A stretch of 64,000 bases of DNA from an uncultured bacterium (GCA_963702025.1 OY969699.1:1344001-1408000), one strand, 5' to 3'. Positions 49,592-60,750 are shown, numbered from the stretch's first letter. Notes: generated by a model from the letters alone, not told the origin. Program-made: numbers and translations.

Positions 49592-52500
49592 TCTTGTTCT
49601 TTATACTGTCTATTCTCTTCCCTCTCATGCATCTCTTCATGCTGCGCCTGACGCTCAAGGTCTGAAACATCATCACCTAAATAGCGCTTTCTAAAAGAAG
49701 CAATCCCCGTACCTGCAGGTATCAATTTACCAACAATTACATTTTCCTTCAAACCATATAAATGATCTACTGCACCGGAAATAGCTGCTTCTGAAAGAAT
49801 TCGGGTAGTTTCTTGGAAAGATGCTGCTGAAATAAAGCTCTCGGTTCCTAAAGAAGCCTGCGTTAGTCCCATCAAAATAGGTTTTGCAGTAGCAGCACGT
49901 TTATTTTCTGCTTTTACCAGAGAATTGACCATTTTAAAGTGAACACGGTCAACGCGGTCACCAATCAAGAAATCAGTATCTCCCGGATCAACAATACGCA
50001 CCTTACGTAACATCTGGCGCACAATCAATTCAATATGACGGTCATTAATTATAATACCCTGCAAGCTGTAAATTTGCTGAATTTGATCAACAAGATAACG
50101 CTGAACCATTTCAGGCCCCATAATGCGTAAAATATCATGGAGAACTGGAGAACCGGATGTCAAAGGATCTCCGGCAGTTACTTTCTCGCCATTGACCACG
50201 TTTACCTGTTTGCCGCGAGGAATAAAATAATCAATTGACTGATCCCCGTTGGCAATGGTAATTTTTCTCAAACCTCGATGCAAGCCACCGAATATAACCT
50301 CGCCATCGATATCTGCAATAATTGCAGGATCTTTTGGCATACGCGCTTCAAAGAGTTCAGCAATACGTGGCAGGCCACCAGTAATATCCCCAACCCTCGA
50401 TGCTTCACGGGGCACCTTAACAAGGATGTCGCCAACCTGTACTTCTTGGTGATCACTAACCAAAAGATAGGCTCCCGATGGCAAATAGTAGAGCGCCTCT
50501 TCGTTGCCATTTTCATCTTCAATGGCAATGGCAGGCTGATATTTTTCACTTTTATGCTCAAGAATCATATAGGTTGATTTATTTGTTTTTTCATCAAACC
50601 GTTCTTGAACAGTAACGTTTTCAACTAAATCAATAAATTTAATGCGACCCGCTTTTTCAGTCAGCAAGACTTTACTTGTTGGATCCCATTCGGCCAATTT
50701 TTGACCAATAACTATTGGTTGTTTATCATTTACCAGAAGTGTCGAACCATATTCTAAATCATGATGTCGTAATTCGCGACCATCCGGGGAAACTATAAAA
50801 ACACGGGCCTTTCGGCTCATCACAATAGCCTGACCATGACGATTTCTCACTGTACGAACACCGCGCCACTCAACGATACCCTCATGTTTAGCAACATAAA
50901 ATGGCTGTTGAGACATACCACTTGCCGTACCACCTATGTGGAACGTTCTCATAGTCAACTGTGTTCCCGGTTCACCAATCGATTGCGCCGCAATTACACC
51001 AACCGTTGTTCCAACATCAACGAGCGAGCCTTTTGATAGATCGTACCCGTAACATTGCGCACAAATACCCCGTTTTGCTTGGCAGGTTAATGCCGAACGA
51101 ACCATTATAGATGTTGCAGCGGAATCGGCAAGGCGAGAAATATCTTCTCTGCTGAGCAAATGCCCTTGTTTGAAAATTAATTCACCTGATACTGGATCCT
51201 TAACATCACTGGCCAAGACTCTTCCCAACACGCGATTGTTTAATGGTGAAATTACGTCACCCGATCCTTTGAGATCTCCAATCTCGATATAGCCGAGCGT
51301 TTGACAATCATCCATTGAAATCACAACATCTTGAGCTACGTCAACTAAACGACGCGTTAAATATCCTGAGTTTGCCGTTTTCAATGCTGTATCTGCTTGA
51401 CCTTTACGAGCACCGTGAGTAGAAATAAAGTATTCAAAAACGCTCAAACCGTCTTTAAAGTTACTCTTAACCGGCGTTTCCATAATCTCACCACTCGGAC
51501 GGGACATCAATCCCCGCATTCCGGTGAGCTGCTTAATTTGATCTTTTGAACCACGCGCACCTGATTCGAGCATCATGAATATTGGATTAAACGGTTTAAA
51601 GTCACGTTTTTCATTTAAAAAGGCTTCTTGGTCTTGCTTTTCCAAGGTTTTTGTCATTTCTGAAGCAACATCATCGGTAGCATGTTCCCAAATACTCAAC
51701 ACTTTATTATGACGCTCACCATTAGTGATTACGCCATCCATATATAAATCTTCTATACGCTGAACTTCTTTATCGGCCTTCTTGACCAATTCATGTTTTT
51801 GCGCAGGAACAATAAGATCACGCAATGAACAAGAAATGCCACTTACGGTTGAGTAGTAGAATCCAAGTTTTTTTATCTTATCTAATGCTTCAACGGCGGA
51901 CTTACTGCCAAACCGATAATAAATGCGCTCAACCAAACGGGTCAAATCACTTTTTTTCATTATCTTGTTTAACCAGTTAAAATCGGTGCCGCTTGGCAAT
52001 CCCTCAAATAGGATAACTCTTCCAACTGTTGTCTGAGTAATCTCTTTAGTGTCCCCCATGCGCACACCAATTTTTGCGTGGAGAGAAACTTGTTCACACT
52101 GAAAGGCAGTTATAACTTCACCAATATTGGAAAAAGTGAGACCTTCGCCTTTGGCACCCAGTCGAACTTTGGTCATATAGTGCAATCCAAGAACCATATC
52201 TTGGGATGGCACAGTAACCGGACGCCCATTAGCCGGAGAAAGTATATTATTTGTGGCAAGAATCATGGTTTTTGATTCTTCTTGTGCCTTTTTGCTCAAC
52301 GGAATGTGGACAGCCATTTGGTCACCGTCAAAGTCTGCGTTGAATGCTGCGCAAACCATCGGATGTATTTTTATCGCTTTGCCATCTACCAAAATCGGGT
52401 AAAACGCTTGTATACCCAAACGATGTAGGGTTGGTGCACGATTAAGGAGCAATGGACGATCTTTTACCACTTCTTCAAGAACATCCCAAACTTCCGGCGC

Positions 52501-53721
52501 TAATTCTTCAACCATTCTTTTGGCCACCCGTAAGTTAGGTGCTATTTCGCGTTCAATGAGACCTGCAAAAATGTACGGCTTGAATAGTTCAAGTGCCATA
52601 ATTTTAGGTAAACCACAGCGGTCCATTTTAAGTTCCGGGTCAACGACAATTACCGAACGCCCGGAATAGTCAACACGACGTCCCAGCAAGTTCTGACGGA
52701 ATCGTCCTTGTTTACCACGAAGCATTTCACTCAAAGATTTAAGCGCTCGTTTGTTTGAGCCACGCACCGGCTGGCCGCGACGCCCATTATCAATAAGCGC
52801 GTCAACCGATTCTTGAAGCATTCTTTTTTCATTTTTGATAATAACTGAGGGAGCTTCTATCTCGAGTAATCGTTGCAAACGAATATTTCTATTCAATACT
52901 CTGCGATACAATTCATTTAAATCGGAGCTCGCAAAACGGCCACCTTCAAGAGGAACCAACGGACGCAAGTCAGGTGGTAATACCGGCAAAATCGCAAGAA
53001 TCATCCATTCAGGTCTCATATTGCCATGCAGCAATCCTGAGAACACTTTAATGCGACGCATAATTTTATGACGAATAGCAACTGATGTTGTGTGCCGATA
53101 CTCTTCTTCTAAATTCGCAATCTCTAGTTTTAAATCTACCATGCTTAAGATATCGCGAATCGCTTCAGCACCAGATCCGGCAGCAAAATCTAAGTCTTCC
53201 GGATGAGTATCGAGATAGTTCTCGTATTCGGTATTATTCAAAATAGTTTTTCGAGGGTATGGAGAACGGCCTTGGTGAATTACAATATAGGCATCAAAGT
53301 AAATGACGCGCTCCAAATCCTTAACCGGAAGATCCAGCAACAACCCCAAGTAACTTGGAATTCCTTTAAGGTACCAAATATGGCATACCGGAGAAACAAG
53401 TTCAATATGCCCCATTCGCTCACGGCGCACACGAGATTGGATAACTTCTACGCCACACTTTTCGCAGGTCACACCGCGATGTTTCATTCTCTTATACTTA
53501 CCGCAGTTACATTCCCAATCTTTTTGCGGACCAAAGATTCTTGCGCAAAAAAGGCCGTCCCTTTCAGGTTTCAACGTACGATAGTTAATTGTTTCAATCT
53601 TCTTCACTTCACCATAGGAAAGTGATCGAATCTTTTCAGCAGAAGCAAGACCAATCTTTAATGCATTAAACTGCGTTAAATTAACATATTCTCTAAAGCG
53701 ATCTAAAATCCGATTATTCAC
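49582..53721 (-). CDS. rpoC: RNA polymerase beta' subunit
   Basis: N-terminal Zn finger, NADFDGDQMA, AQSIGEPGTQLTMRTFH. Confidence 0.99.
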   Translation of the reverse strand: MNNRILDRFREYVNLTQFNALKIGLASAEKIRSLSYGEVKKIETINYRTLKPERDGLFCARIFGPQKDWECNCGKYKRMKHRGVTCEKCGVEVIQSRVRRERMGHIELVSPVCHIWYLKGIPSYLGLLLDLPVKDLERVIYFDAYIVIHQGRSPYPRKTILNNTEYENYLDTHPEDLDFAAGSGAEAIRDILSMVDLKLEIANLEEEYRHTTSVAIRHKIMRRIKVFSGLLHGNMRPEWMILAILPVLPPDLRPLVPLEGGRFASSDLNELYRRVLNRNIRLQRLLEIEAPSVIIKNEKRMLQESVDALIDNGRRGQPVRGSNKRALKSLSEMLRGKQGRFRQNLLGRRVDYSGRSVIVVDPELKMDRCGLPKIMALELFKPYIFAGLIEREIAPNLRVAKRMVEELAPEVWDVLEEVVKDRPLLLNRAPTLHRLGIQAFYPILVDGKAIKIHPMVCAAFNADFDGDQMAVHIPLSKKAQEESKTMILATNNILSPANGRPVTVPSQDMVLGLHYMTKVRLGAKGEGLTFSNIGEVITAFQCEQVSLHAKIGVRMGDTKEITQTTVGRVILFEGLPSGTDFNWLNKIMKKSDLTRLVERIYYRFGSKSAVEALDKIKKLGFYYSTVSGISCSLRDLIVPAQKHELVKKADKEVQRIEDLYMDGVITNGERHNKVLSIWEHATDDVASEMTKTLEKQDQEAFLNEKRDFKPFNPIFMMLESGARGSKDQIKQLTGMRGLMSRPSGEIMETPVKSNFKDGLSVFEYFISTHGARKGQADTALKTANSGYLTRRLVDVAQDVVISMDDCQTLGYIEIGDLKGSGDVISPLNNRVLGRVLASDVKDPVSGELIFKQGHLLSREDISRLADSAATSIMVRSALTCQAKRGICAQCYGYDLSKGSLVDVGTTVGVIAAQSIGEPGTQLTMRTFHIGGTASGMSQQPFYVAKHEGIVEWRGVRTVRNRHGQAIVMSRKARVFIVSPDGRELRHHDLEYGSTLLVNDKQPIVIGQKLAEWDPTSKVLLTEKAGRIKFIDLVENVTVQERFDEKTNKSTYMILEHKSEKYQPAIAIEDENGNEEALYYLPSGAYLLVSDHQEVQVGDILVKVPREASRVGDITGGLPRIAELFEARMPKDPAIIADIDGEVIFGGLHRGLRKITIANGDQSIDYFIPRGKQVNVVNGEKVTAGDPLTSGSPVLHDILRIMGPEMVQRYLVDQIQQIYSLQGIIINDRHIELIVRQMLRKVRIVDPGDTDFLIGDRVDRVHFKMVNSLVKAENKRAATAKPILMGLTQASLGTESFISAASFQETTRILSEAAISGAVDHLYGLKENVIVGKLIPAGTGIASFRKRYLGDDVSDLERQAQHEEMHEREENRQYKEQEGA

Positions 53722-56700
53722 TTGCTTTCTCCTTGCCGCTCTTAAACAAATCCACTTGTAATCCTAAGCTTTGCAACTCTTTGATGAGTACGTTAAATGA
53801 TTCAGGCACGCCTGACTCAGGTACATCCTCACCGCGAACAATCGCTTCATACACCTTATGTCTTCCAGTTACATCATCTGATTTATAGGTTAGCATCTCT
53901 TGCAAGGTATATGCGGCGCCATACGCTTCGAGAGCCCATACTTCCATTTCTCCTAGACGCTGGCCGCCTAATTGCGCTTTACCGCCAAGTGGCTGCTGGG
54001 TTACTAATGAGTATGGCCCAACAGAACGCGCGTGCACCTTGTCATCAACCATGTGATTCAATTTCATCATATAAATGGAACCCACGGTCACCGGCTGTTC
54101 AAAGTATTCTCCGGTGCGTCCATCACGCAATCTAAATGCGCCGACGTCTGGCAACTGTAACTCTTCAAGAAGAGGTTTTATATCACTGTCATATTGTGCC
54201 CCATCAAATACCGGTGTTTTATATTGCACACCGCATTGTGAGGTTTTACGCGCAAGTTCGGACAACCCTTGCTTGCCATAGGCTTTTTCATAAGACTCAA
54301 CGAGTTCTGCGCCATAGACATTTTTTAAATATTTTTTAATTTCTGGGTAGCCTTGATTATTCATCAACTCTTCAAGCTTGTTACCCAACTCCTTGCCTGC
54401 CAAACCTAAAGCAGTTTCAAGAATTTGCCCCACGTTCATACGAGATGGAACACCCAGCGGATTTAAAACAATATCAACGGGTCTGCCATCATCCAGATAT
54501 GGCATATCTTCACGAGGAACAATAGTTGAAACAACACCTTTATTTCCGTGACGACCAGCAAGTTTGTCGCCAACCGATATGGTACGCTTCATGGCAATAT
54601 AGACTTTAACCATTTTAATGACACCGGATGCCAAGATGTCACCTTTTTTTAATTTGTTAATTCGTTCTTCTTTCAAGACTGCCAAGATACGAATTTGGTT
54701 TTCGTAAGAATCCTTAAGACGTACAAGATTTTCATTGAGCTCTTTATCTGCTACTTTAACAGCAAATAACTCGCTGACAGGCTTGCTTAAAATCTTCTCT
54801 TTATCAAAAACTCCACCAGTAGTTAACGATTTTGAAACGGTAGCCGCTGCTTTTTGCCCGGCCAAACGGCTCGCAATAGATTCAACAGTCATTTTCTCTA
54901 AAAAGCGAAGATGATCAGCAAAATCAGCATCAACTTTTGCAACCTGTTTGGTAATTTCGTCTTTATAGCGTTTATCTTTCCGCACGCCGCTTCGTGAAAA
55001 GATTTTAACGTCAACCACAGTACCTTCAATACCAGGCGGCACGCGCAATGATGTATCGCGCACTTCACGTGACTTCTCACCGAAAATAGCACGAAGAAGC
55101 TTTTCTTCAGGAGAGTATTGAATATCTCCCTTAAGCGTAACTTTACCAACTAAAATATCACCGGGTTTTACACGTGTTCCGATGCGAACAATGCCATCTT
55201 CATCCAGACCAGCCAATGCAGTTTCACTCACATTAGGAATATCCCGGGTAATCTCTTCAGGACCTAGTTTAGTGTCCCGTGCATCCACCTTATATTCATC
55301 GATATGAACCGACGTTAATGAGTCATCGGAAACCAGCCGCTTATTTAATACGATGGCATCCTCAAAATTATATCCGTGCCATGGCATAAACGCGACAGTT
55401 AAATTAGTACCAAGAGCCAATTCACCATCTTTTATGGAAGAACCGTTGGTTAAAATATCACCCGCATTCACATAATCGCCTCGGTTTACGATCGGCGTAT
55501 GGTGAATCCATGTGCTATGACTTGAACGCTGGAATTTTCTTAAATGATAGGTATCTATTGCCTGTGAAAGCCATTCATCAACGTTTTTAAACTGTGATTC
55601 TTCAGCTCGAATCATAATTTTTTCTGACGACACATATTCAACAGTTCCTGCTCGCTTTGCAACTATCACGCCACCGGAAGCTTTTACAATCTCTCTTTCC
55701 ATTCCGGTTCCCACCAGAGTGTTCTGAGGATTGATAAGCGGTACCGCTTGACGTTGCATGTTTGCTCCCATCAAGGCACGACTTGCGTCATCATGCTCCA
55801 AAAATGGGATAAGTGCCGCTGAAACAGAAACAAGCTGCTTAGGAGACAAATCAATATAGTTTATTTTATCAGCATCAACAAATAAGAAGTTGCCCTGATT
55901 ACGAGCAAATACCCTCTGATTATCAAGCTTTGTATCAGTTGCTTCATCCGGTTGCGCAATAAACTGATCTTGTTCTTCAAATGCATCCAAGAACACAACT
56001 TCTTCTTTAATTTTTCCATCTTGAACAGGTCTATATCCAGTTTCTATAAATCCAAGATCGTTAACCATTGCATAGGTAGCAAGGGATGAAATAAGACCAA
56101 TCGTTTGACCTTCAGGAGTTTCAATCGGACAAATACGACCGTAGTGAGACGTATGCACGTCACGAATTTCGGTCGTTGCACGATCTTTAAGAACACCACC
56201 GGGCCCGAGTGCGGACAATCGTCTTTTATGAGCAACCTCGGAGAGAGGATTTGTTTGATCCATAAACTGAGAAAGTTGACCCAACCCAAAGAATTCACGC
56301 AGCACAACACTGAGTGGTTTTACATTGAGGAAGTCTTGTGGCATTAAAGCGCCATGCGGTTCTTGCATTCTGAAACGTTCGCGAATAATTCGTTCGATAC
56401 GTAAAAATCCAAGATAGACCTGATTTGTTAAAAGCTCTCCAACCAAACGAACGCGGCGGTTTCCCAAATGATCAATATCATCAAGTTCACCTTCTCCACG
56501 CTCACGCAATCCAACCAGATAACGAATGGTAGCAATTAAATCTTCTTTGGTGAGTACCGTTTTTTCTTCGGAAACTGAAAGCCCTAACTTTCTGTTCATG
56601 CGAATACGGCCAACCTTGGTCAGGTCATAGAAACGGCTGTTGAAGAAAAGATCTTCAAAGCGTTGTTTAATCTCGTGCAATGAGGAGGTATCGCCCGGAA

Positions 56701-58033
56701 ATAATTTTGCATGTATTTCCTTAAGCGCATCTTCTTCACTCATGCAGCGATCTTGTGTAAGTGTCATAGCAATTGTTGGCTGAAATACGTAGCCGGAAGA
56801 TTGAATGAGATCAAACTCAAGATTTTTAAATTTCTTAAATAGCTCATACGTATCTTCGGTAAATGTTTGACCCTGAGCAACAAGAATTTCTCCGGTATCC
56901 TGATCAATAACATCTTTTGCAAAAACACGATTTAAAAGAGCTGATTTTCGTAGTGAAAGCTTATCTATTCCCAATTTTGCAAGTCGAGATAAGATATCTT
57001 TGGTAACCCTGTTGCCAAGAAACGCTTTTTCTTCTTTTTCCGGGAGCATGCCTTTTTCAATACGCTGTCCCATAAGCGTTGCATCAACTTTTCGGAAAAA
57101 CTCGCCGTTGCGAATGCTTACATTTTCGAAATTATAAAAAAGAGAAACAATATTTTCACGCGCGAATCCTAAGGCTTGCAAAAATGTTGTTATGAGTATT
57201 TTCTTCTTTTTATCGATACGTACATAACAATAATCATTCGTATCAAACTCAAAATCCAACCATGAGCCACGCATAGGAATTATACGGGCCAAATAGTAGG
57301 CACGTCCGCGTAAATCTTTTACTTTTTTACTTTGGGAAAAAACAACACCCGGTGAACGATGTAGCTGACTCACAATAACCCGATCAACACCGTTGATCAG
57401 GAATGTACCAATATTTCCTAATAAAAAGCGACCATTTTCTTCATATAAGTCTGCCATAACCGGAACATCGGCAAAGAAAATATCTTGTTCTTTAATATCA
57501 TGAACAACTTTTTTATTGTCGGCATCAAGGGACCAGCTAATAAGTTGAATCTTAACTTTCAACGGCATTGAAAACGTTTGCTCGCTTGATCGACACTCTT
57601 CAAGAGTCATTGGTAATTTAACAACAACTCGCGACAAACAATTTGAACAGGTTTTATAGCGCGCTGTCTTCTTTTTGCAGAATCGACACGTGAAATCTGC
57701 ATCAAGTCGAGAGCAGTCTGATTTTTTACATGCCGTGCAAGTCCATTGATAGCGATTTTCTATCCCGGTTAGTTTACCACATGTGCATGCCCAAAGACCA
57801 AGCTCATAACTGACATATTCAAGAGACATCTTGTCATTATAGTCTATCGGAAAAACATCTCTTAAAACTTTTTCAAGTCCAATCAACTTTCTTTCACTTG
57901 GCAGAAAATCTAATTGCGCAAATTCATTAAAAGAATTAGATTGAATTTCAATCAAGTTGGGTACTGGGGCAATATCTTTGATCTTACCAAAAGATCGACG
58001 GATATTGTTTTTGCTCATGTGCAACTTAGTCAT
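53714..58033 (-). CDS. rpoB: RNA polymerase beta subunit
   Basis: RVIVSQLHRSPG, GANMQRQ, GDKLAGRHGNKG, GGQRLGEME. Start at 58033 after GAGGAG. Confidence 0.99.
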   Translation of the reverse strand: MTKLHMSKNNIRRSFGKIKDIAPVPNLIEIQSNSFNEFAQLDFLPSERKLIGLEKVLRDVFPIDYNDKMSLEYVSYELGLWACTCGKLTGIENRYQWTCTACKKSDCSRLDADFTCRFCKKKTARYKTCSNCLSRVVVKLPMTLEECRSSEQTFSMPLKVKIQLISWSLDADNKKVVHDIKEQDIFFADVPVMADLYEENGRFLLGNIGTFLINGVDRVIVSQLHRSPGVVFSQSKKVKDLRGRAYYLARIIPMRGSWLDFEFDTNDYCYVRIDKKKKILITTFLQALGFARENIVSLFYNFENVSIRNGEFFRKVDATLMGQRIEKGMLPEKEEKAFLGNRVTKDILSRLAKLGIDKLSLRKSALLNRVFAKDVIDQDTGEILVAQGQTFTEDTYELFKKFKNLEFDLIQSSGYVFQPTIAMTLTQDRCMSEEDALKEIHAKLFPGDTSSLHEIKQRFEDLFFNSRFYDLTKVGRIRMNRKLGLSVSEEKTVLTKEDLIATIRYLVGLRERGEGELDDIDHLGNRRVRLVGELLTNQVYLGFLRIERIIRERFRMQEPHGALMPQDFLNVKPLSVVLREFFGLGQLSQFMDQTNPLSEVAHKRRLSALGPGGVLKDRATTEIRDVHTSHYGRICPIETPEGQTIGLISSLATYAMVNDLGFIETGYRPVQDGKIKEEVVFLDAFEEQDQFIAQPDEATDTKLDNQRVFARNQGNFLFVDADKINYIDLSPKQLVSVSAALIPFLEHDDASRALMGANMQRQAVPLINPQNTLVGTGMEREIVKASGGVIVAKRAGTVEYVSSEKIMIRAEESQFKNVDEWLSQAIDTYHLRKFQRSSHSTWIHHTPIVNRGDYVNAGDILTNGSSIKDGELALGTNLTVAFMPWHGYNFEDAIVLNKRLVSDDSLTSVHIDEYKVDARDTKLGPEEITRDIPNVSETALAGLDEDGIVRIGTRVKPGDILVGKVTLKGDIQYSPEEKLLRAIFGEKSREVRDTSLRVPPGIEGTVVDVKIFSRSGVRKDKRYKDEITKQVAKVDADFADHLRFLEKMTVESIASRLAGQKAAATVSKSLTTGGVFDKEKILSKPVSELFAVKVADKELNENLVRLKDSYENQIRILAVLKEERINKLKKGDILASGVIKMVKVYIAMKRTISVGDKLAGRHGNKGVVSTIVPREDMPYLDDGRPVDIVLNPLGVPSRMNVGQILETALGLAGKELGNKLEELMNNQGYPEIKKYLKNVYGAELVESYEKAYGKQGLSELARKTSQCGVQYKTPVFDGAQYDSDIKPLLEELQLPDVGAFRLRDGRTGEYFEQPVTVGSIYMMKLNHMVDDKVHARSVGPYSLVTQQPLGGKAQLGGQRLGEMEVWALEAYGAAYTLQEMLTYKSDDVTGRHKVYEAIVRGEDVPESGVPESFNVLIKELQSLGLQVDLFKSGKEKASE

Positions 58034-58123
58034 TAAGTCGCTCCTCATTAAAATATATTAGTTACTTTGCAACTGAAGTAACTAATATCGTGTCTTGCGA
58101 ATAAACAATAAAAAGCAGTAATA

Positions 58124-58510
58124 TTATGAAAGTTCGACTTTTGCGCCTGCAGCTTCAAGCTCTTTTTTCAGTTTTTCAGCATCAGCCTTTGGCATCGCTT
58201 CAGAAAGCACTGATGGCGCACCATCAACTTTTTCTTTAGCTTCAGACAATGACAAGCTAGTAGCAGCTTTAAGAGCCTTAATTACTTGAATTTTTTGTGC
58301 TCCGGCATCAACCAGTTTTACTTTATATTCAGCTTTTTCTTCAGCTTTAGCAGCGGCGGCAGGAGCTGCACCGGCAGCAGGAGCTGCAGATGTCATCGCA
58401 GCAGCAGAAACACCGAATGCCTCTTCAAGGGCTTTAACAAGCTCATTAAGCTGAGCAACGGTCATAGAACCTATTTCTTTGATAATTTGTTCATTTGTAT
58501 TAGCGGCCAT
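58124..58510 (-). CDS. rplL: 50S ribosomal protein L7/L12
   Basis: [10 protein letters not shown] hinge, [16 protein letters not shown]. Confidence 0.97.
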   Translation of the reverse strand: MAANTNEQIIKEIGSMTVAQLNELVKALEEAFGVSAAAMTSAAPAAGAAPAAAAKAEEKAEYKVKLVDAGAQKIQVIKALKAATSLSLSEAKEKVDGAPSVLSEAMPKADAEKLKKELEAAGAKVELS

Positions 58511-58562
58511 AGCTTCTCCAAAAGGATAATTAATAATTTACTTTATTGTTGCGCTTTTTTTA

Positions 58563-59045
58563 CTACTGCTTTTTATTGCTGATTTGTTGCAACACGAAAG
58601 CTAATTTTGCAACCGGTGCCTTCATAATGCCACACAATTGCGCCAACAGCACTTCGCGAGGAGGTAACGTTGCCAGAACTTTTAATGTTGCTGCATCAAC
58701 AAGCTTCGAATCAATTGATCCGGCAACAAATGTTAATGCTTCGTTCTCTTTGGCAAAATTATATAAAAATTTGATAACTGGATCTTCTTTTTCAATGAAG
58801 ACAAGACCAACCTGATCCTTGAAATACGGAATAAGGGATTGCGCATTTTCAGATTCTTGCGCAGCAATTCTCATAAGGCGCGCTTTGGTTACTTTAAAGA
58901 CACCGCCATTTTGCCGAATTCCTCTTCGCAATTTCTGCAATTGCATAACTGAAAGGCCTTTGTAGCCTACCAAAACCGAACTAGGACTTTGTGAAAATTG
59001 TGTTTTAAGCTCTGTGACTAATTGAGTTTTTTCTTGTCGATTCAT
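58563..59045 (-). CDS. rplJ: 50S ribosomal protein L10
   Basis: YKGLSV.QL..LR, LATLP.REVLLAQL; lies between rplA and rplL. Confidence 0.95.
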   Translation of the reverse strand: MNRQEKTQLVTELKTQFSQSPSSVLVGYKGLSVMQLQKLRRGIRQNGGVFKVTKARLMRIAAQESENAQSLIPYFKDQVGLVFIEKEDPVIKFLYNFAKENEALTFVAGSIDSKLVDAATLKVLATLPPREVLLAQLCGIMKAPVAKLAFVLQQISNKKQ

Positions 59046-59056
59046 ATTTATTTCCT

Positions 59057-59758
59057 TTAGGCAGCAGCGCTTAATATTTCATCAGGACTTACCTGAATGC
59101 CAACACCCATTGTTGAAGTAACCGTTAACTTCTGAAGGAATTTTCCTTTTGAAGATGCCGGCTTGGAACTTGCTAGTGCTTTAATAAATGCGGTTAAATT
59201 TTCTTGCAATTTCTCTGGGCCAAATGAAACTTTCCCAAATGAGAAATGAACAATACCATTTTTATCATTCTTGAAGAAAACGCGGCCCTTTTTCAGATCA
59301 GCAACAACTGCTGCGACATCAAAAGTTACCGTACCCAATTTTTTGTTCGGCAATAATCCACGGGGCCCAAGAACTTTAGCAACTTTACCAACAATCGCCA
59401 TCATATCAGGAGTGGCAACCGCATAGTTAAAGTCCATCCATCCGCCATTAATTTTTTCTACTAAATCATCGGCACCTATATAATCAGCGCCAGCTTTTTT
59501 TGCAAGGTCAACGTTCTCGCCTTTTGCAAAGACAAGAACCTTAACAGCTGCCCCTTTTGAATAAGGAAGCACCAATGAACCGCGCACCACTTGATCACCC
59601 TTAGAGGCATCAATACCAAGATTCACGTGAGCATCAACGGATTCATCAAATTTAGCAAAAGCCAATGATTTTATTTTGTTAAGAGCTTCCTTAACCGGAA
59701 GAGCCTCTTGACCTATCTGCTCTTTTGCTTTGCGATATTTTTTACCATGTTTCAACAT
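59057..59758 (-). CDS. rplA: 50S ribosomal protein L1
   Basis: KFDESVD, LGPRGLLPN.K.GTVT, TSTMG. Confidence 0.97.
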   Translation of the reverse strand: MLKHGKKYRKAKEQIGQEALPVKEALNKIKSLAFAKFDESVDAHVNLGIDASKGDQVVRGSLVLPYSKGAAVKVLVFAKGENVDLAKKAGADYIGADDLVEKINGGWMDFNYAVATPDMMAIVGKVAKVLGPRGLLPNKKLGTVTFDVAAVVADLKKGRVFFKNDKNGIVHFSFGKVSFGPEKLQENLTAFIKALASSKPASSKGKFLQKLTVTSTMGVGIQVSPDEILSAAA

Positions 59759-59768
59759 ATTTACCCCA

Positions 59769-60194
59769 TTATTCCGTAACTACCACGCCCATGCTGCGTG
59801 CTGAACCAGCAATAATTTTCTTTGCTTGTTCGATACTGTTTGCATTAAGGTCAGGCATTTTGATTTTGGCGATTTCTTCAATTTCCGCCATGGAAATTTT
59901 TCCAACTTTATCGGTATTCGGCCGGGAAGAACCTTTTGAAATATTGATTTTCTTTCTTATGAGCTCACTTGCCGGCGGCGTTTTGAGTTCAAAACTGAAC
60001 GTCTTATCAATATACACTGTAATAATTACAGGAACCGTTTCACCTTTTTTAGAGGCCGTTGCCTCATTAAATTTCTTGCAAAAATCCATAAGATTCACTT
60101 GGTGTTGGCCAAGATTGTTACCTACTGGAGGAGCTGGGGTTGCGGCACCACCAGGAATTTGCAATTTAATTTTTGCTTTTACCGCTTTTGCCAT
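59769..60194 (-). CDS. rplK: 50S ribosomal protein L11
   Basis: [32 protein letters not shown]. Confidence 0.98.
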   Translation of the reverse strand: MAKAVKAKIKLQIPGGAATPAPPVGNNLGQHQVNLMDFCKKFNEATASKKGETVPVIITVYIDKTFSFELKTPPASELIRKKINISKGSSRPNTDKVGKISMAEIEEIAKIKMPDLNANSIEQAKKIIAGSARSMGVVVTE

Positions 60195-60217
60195 TGTAAA
60201 AACCTACCTTGAACGTA

Positions 60218-60733
60218 CTATTTTATTTGATTAAAACCTAACTCGACAGGTGTCATTCTACCAAAAATACTCACCATTACCGTAACTCGCTCATTTACCT
60301 CGTCAATAGAATCTATAATACCAACAAAGCCCGCAAACGGCCCATCAGTAATATCCACTTCACTGCCAACAGTAAACTCGCTCTTTTTAGCAACAACAGT
60401 TACTTCACCCTTCATTTGACCAATAATGCGCTCAATTTCTTTTTGAGAAATGGCGACCGGATCTTTGCCCCCAAGGAATTTTATAACACGCAGGGAGGAA
60501 GTAACGAGCTTAATAGTTTGAGGCATCGCCTCCATTTCAATGAGTACATACCCAGGAAACAGCTGAGAATCCTTAGCATCTTGCACATCAAGCATTTGCT
60601 TTAAACGTGCCGAGGGGATAAGTATTTGACCAAACTTATCCTCTAATCCTTCATCAGCAATACGCTTTGTTACATCGGCTTTAACTGCCTCTTCAAAACC
60701 TGCGTATACTTGAACGACGTACCAACGTTTCAT
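60218..60733 (-). CDS. nusG: Transcription factor NusG
   Basis: WYVVQ..GFE, FPGYVLI, KOW domain GPFAGF...SIFGRMTPVEL. Confidence 0.97.
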   Translation of the reverse strand: MKRWYVVQVYAGFEEAVKADVTKRIADEGLEDKFGQILIPSARLKQMLDVQDAKDSQLFPGYVLIEMEAMPQTIKLVTSSLRVIKFLGGKDPVAISQKEIERIIGQMKGEVTVVAKKSEFTVGSEVDITDGPFAGFVGIIDSIDEVNERVTVMVSIFGRMTPVELGFNQIK

Positions 60734-60750
60734 CTGAAAGTATCCCAACC

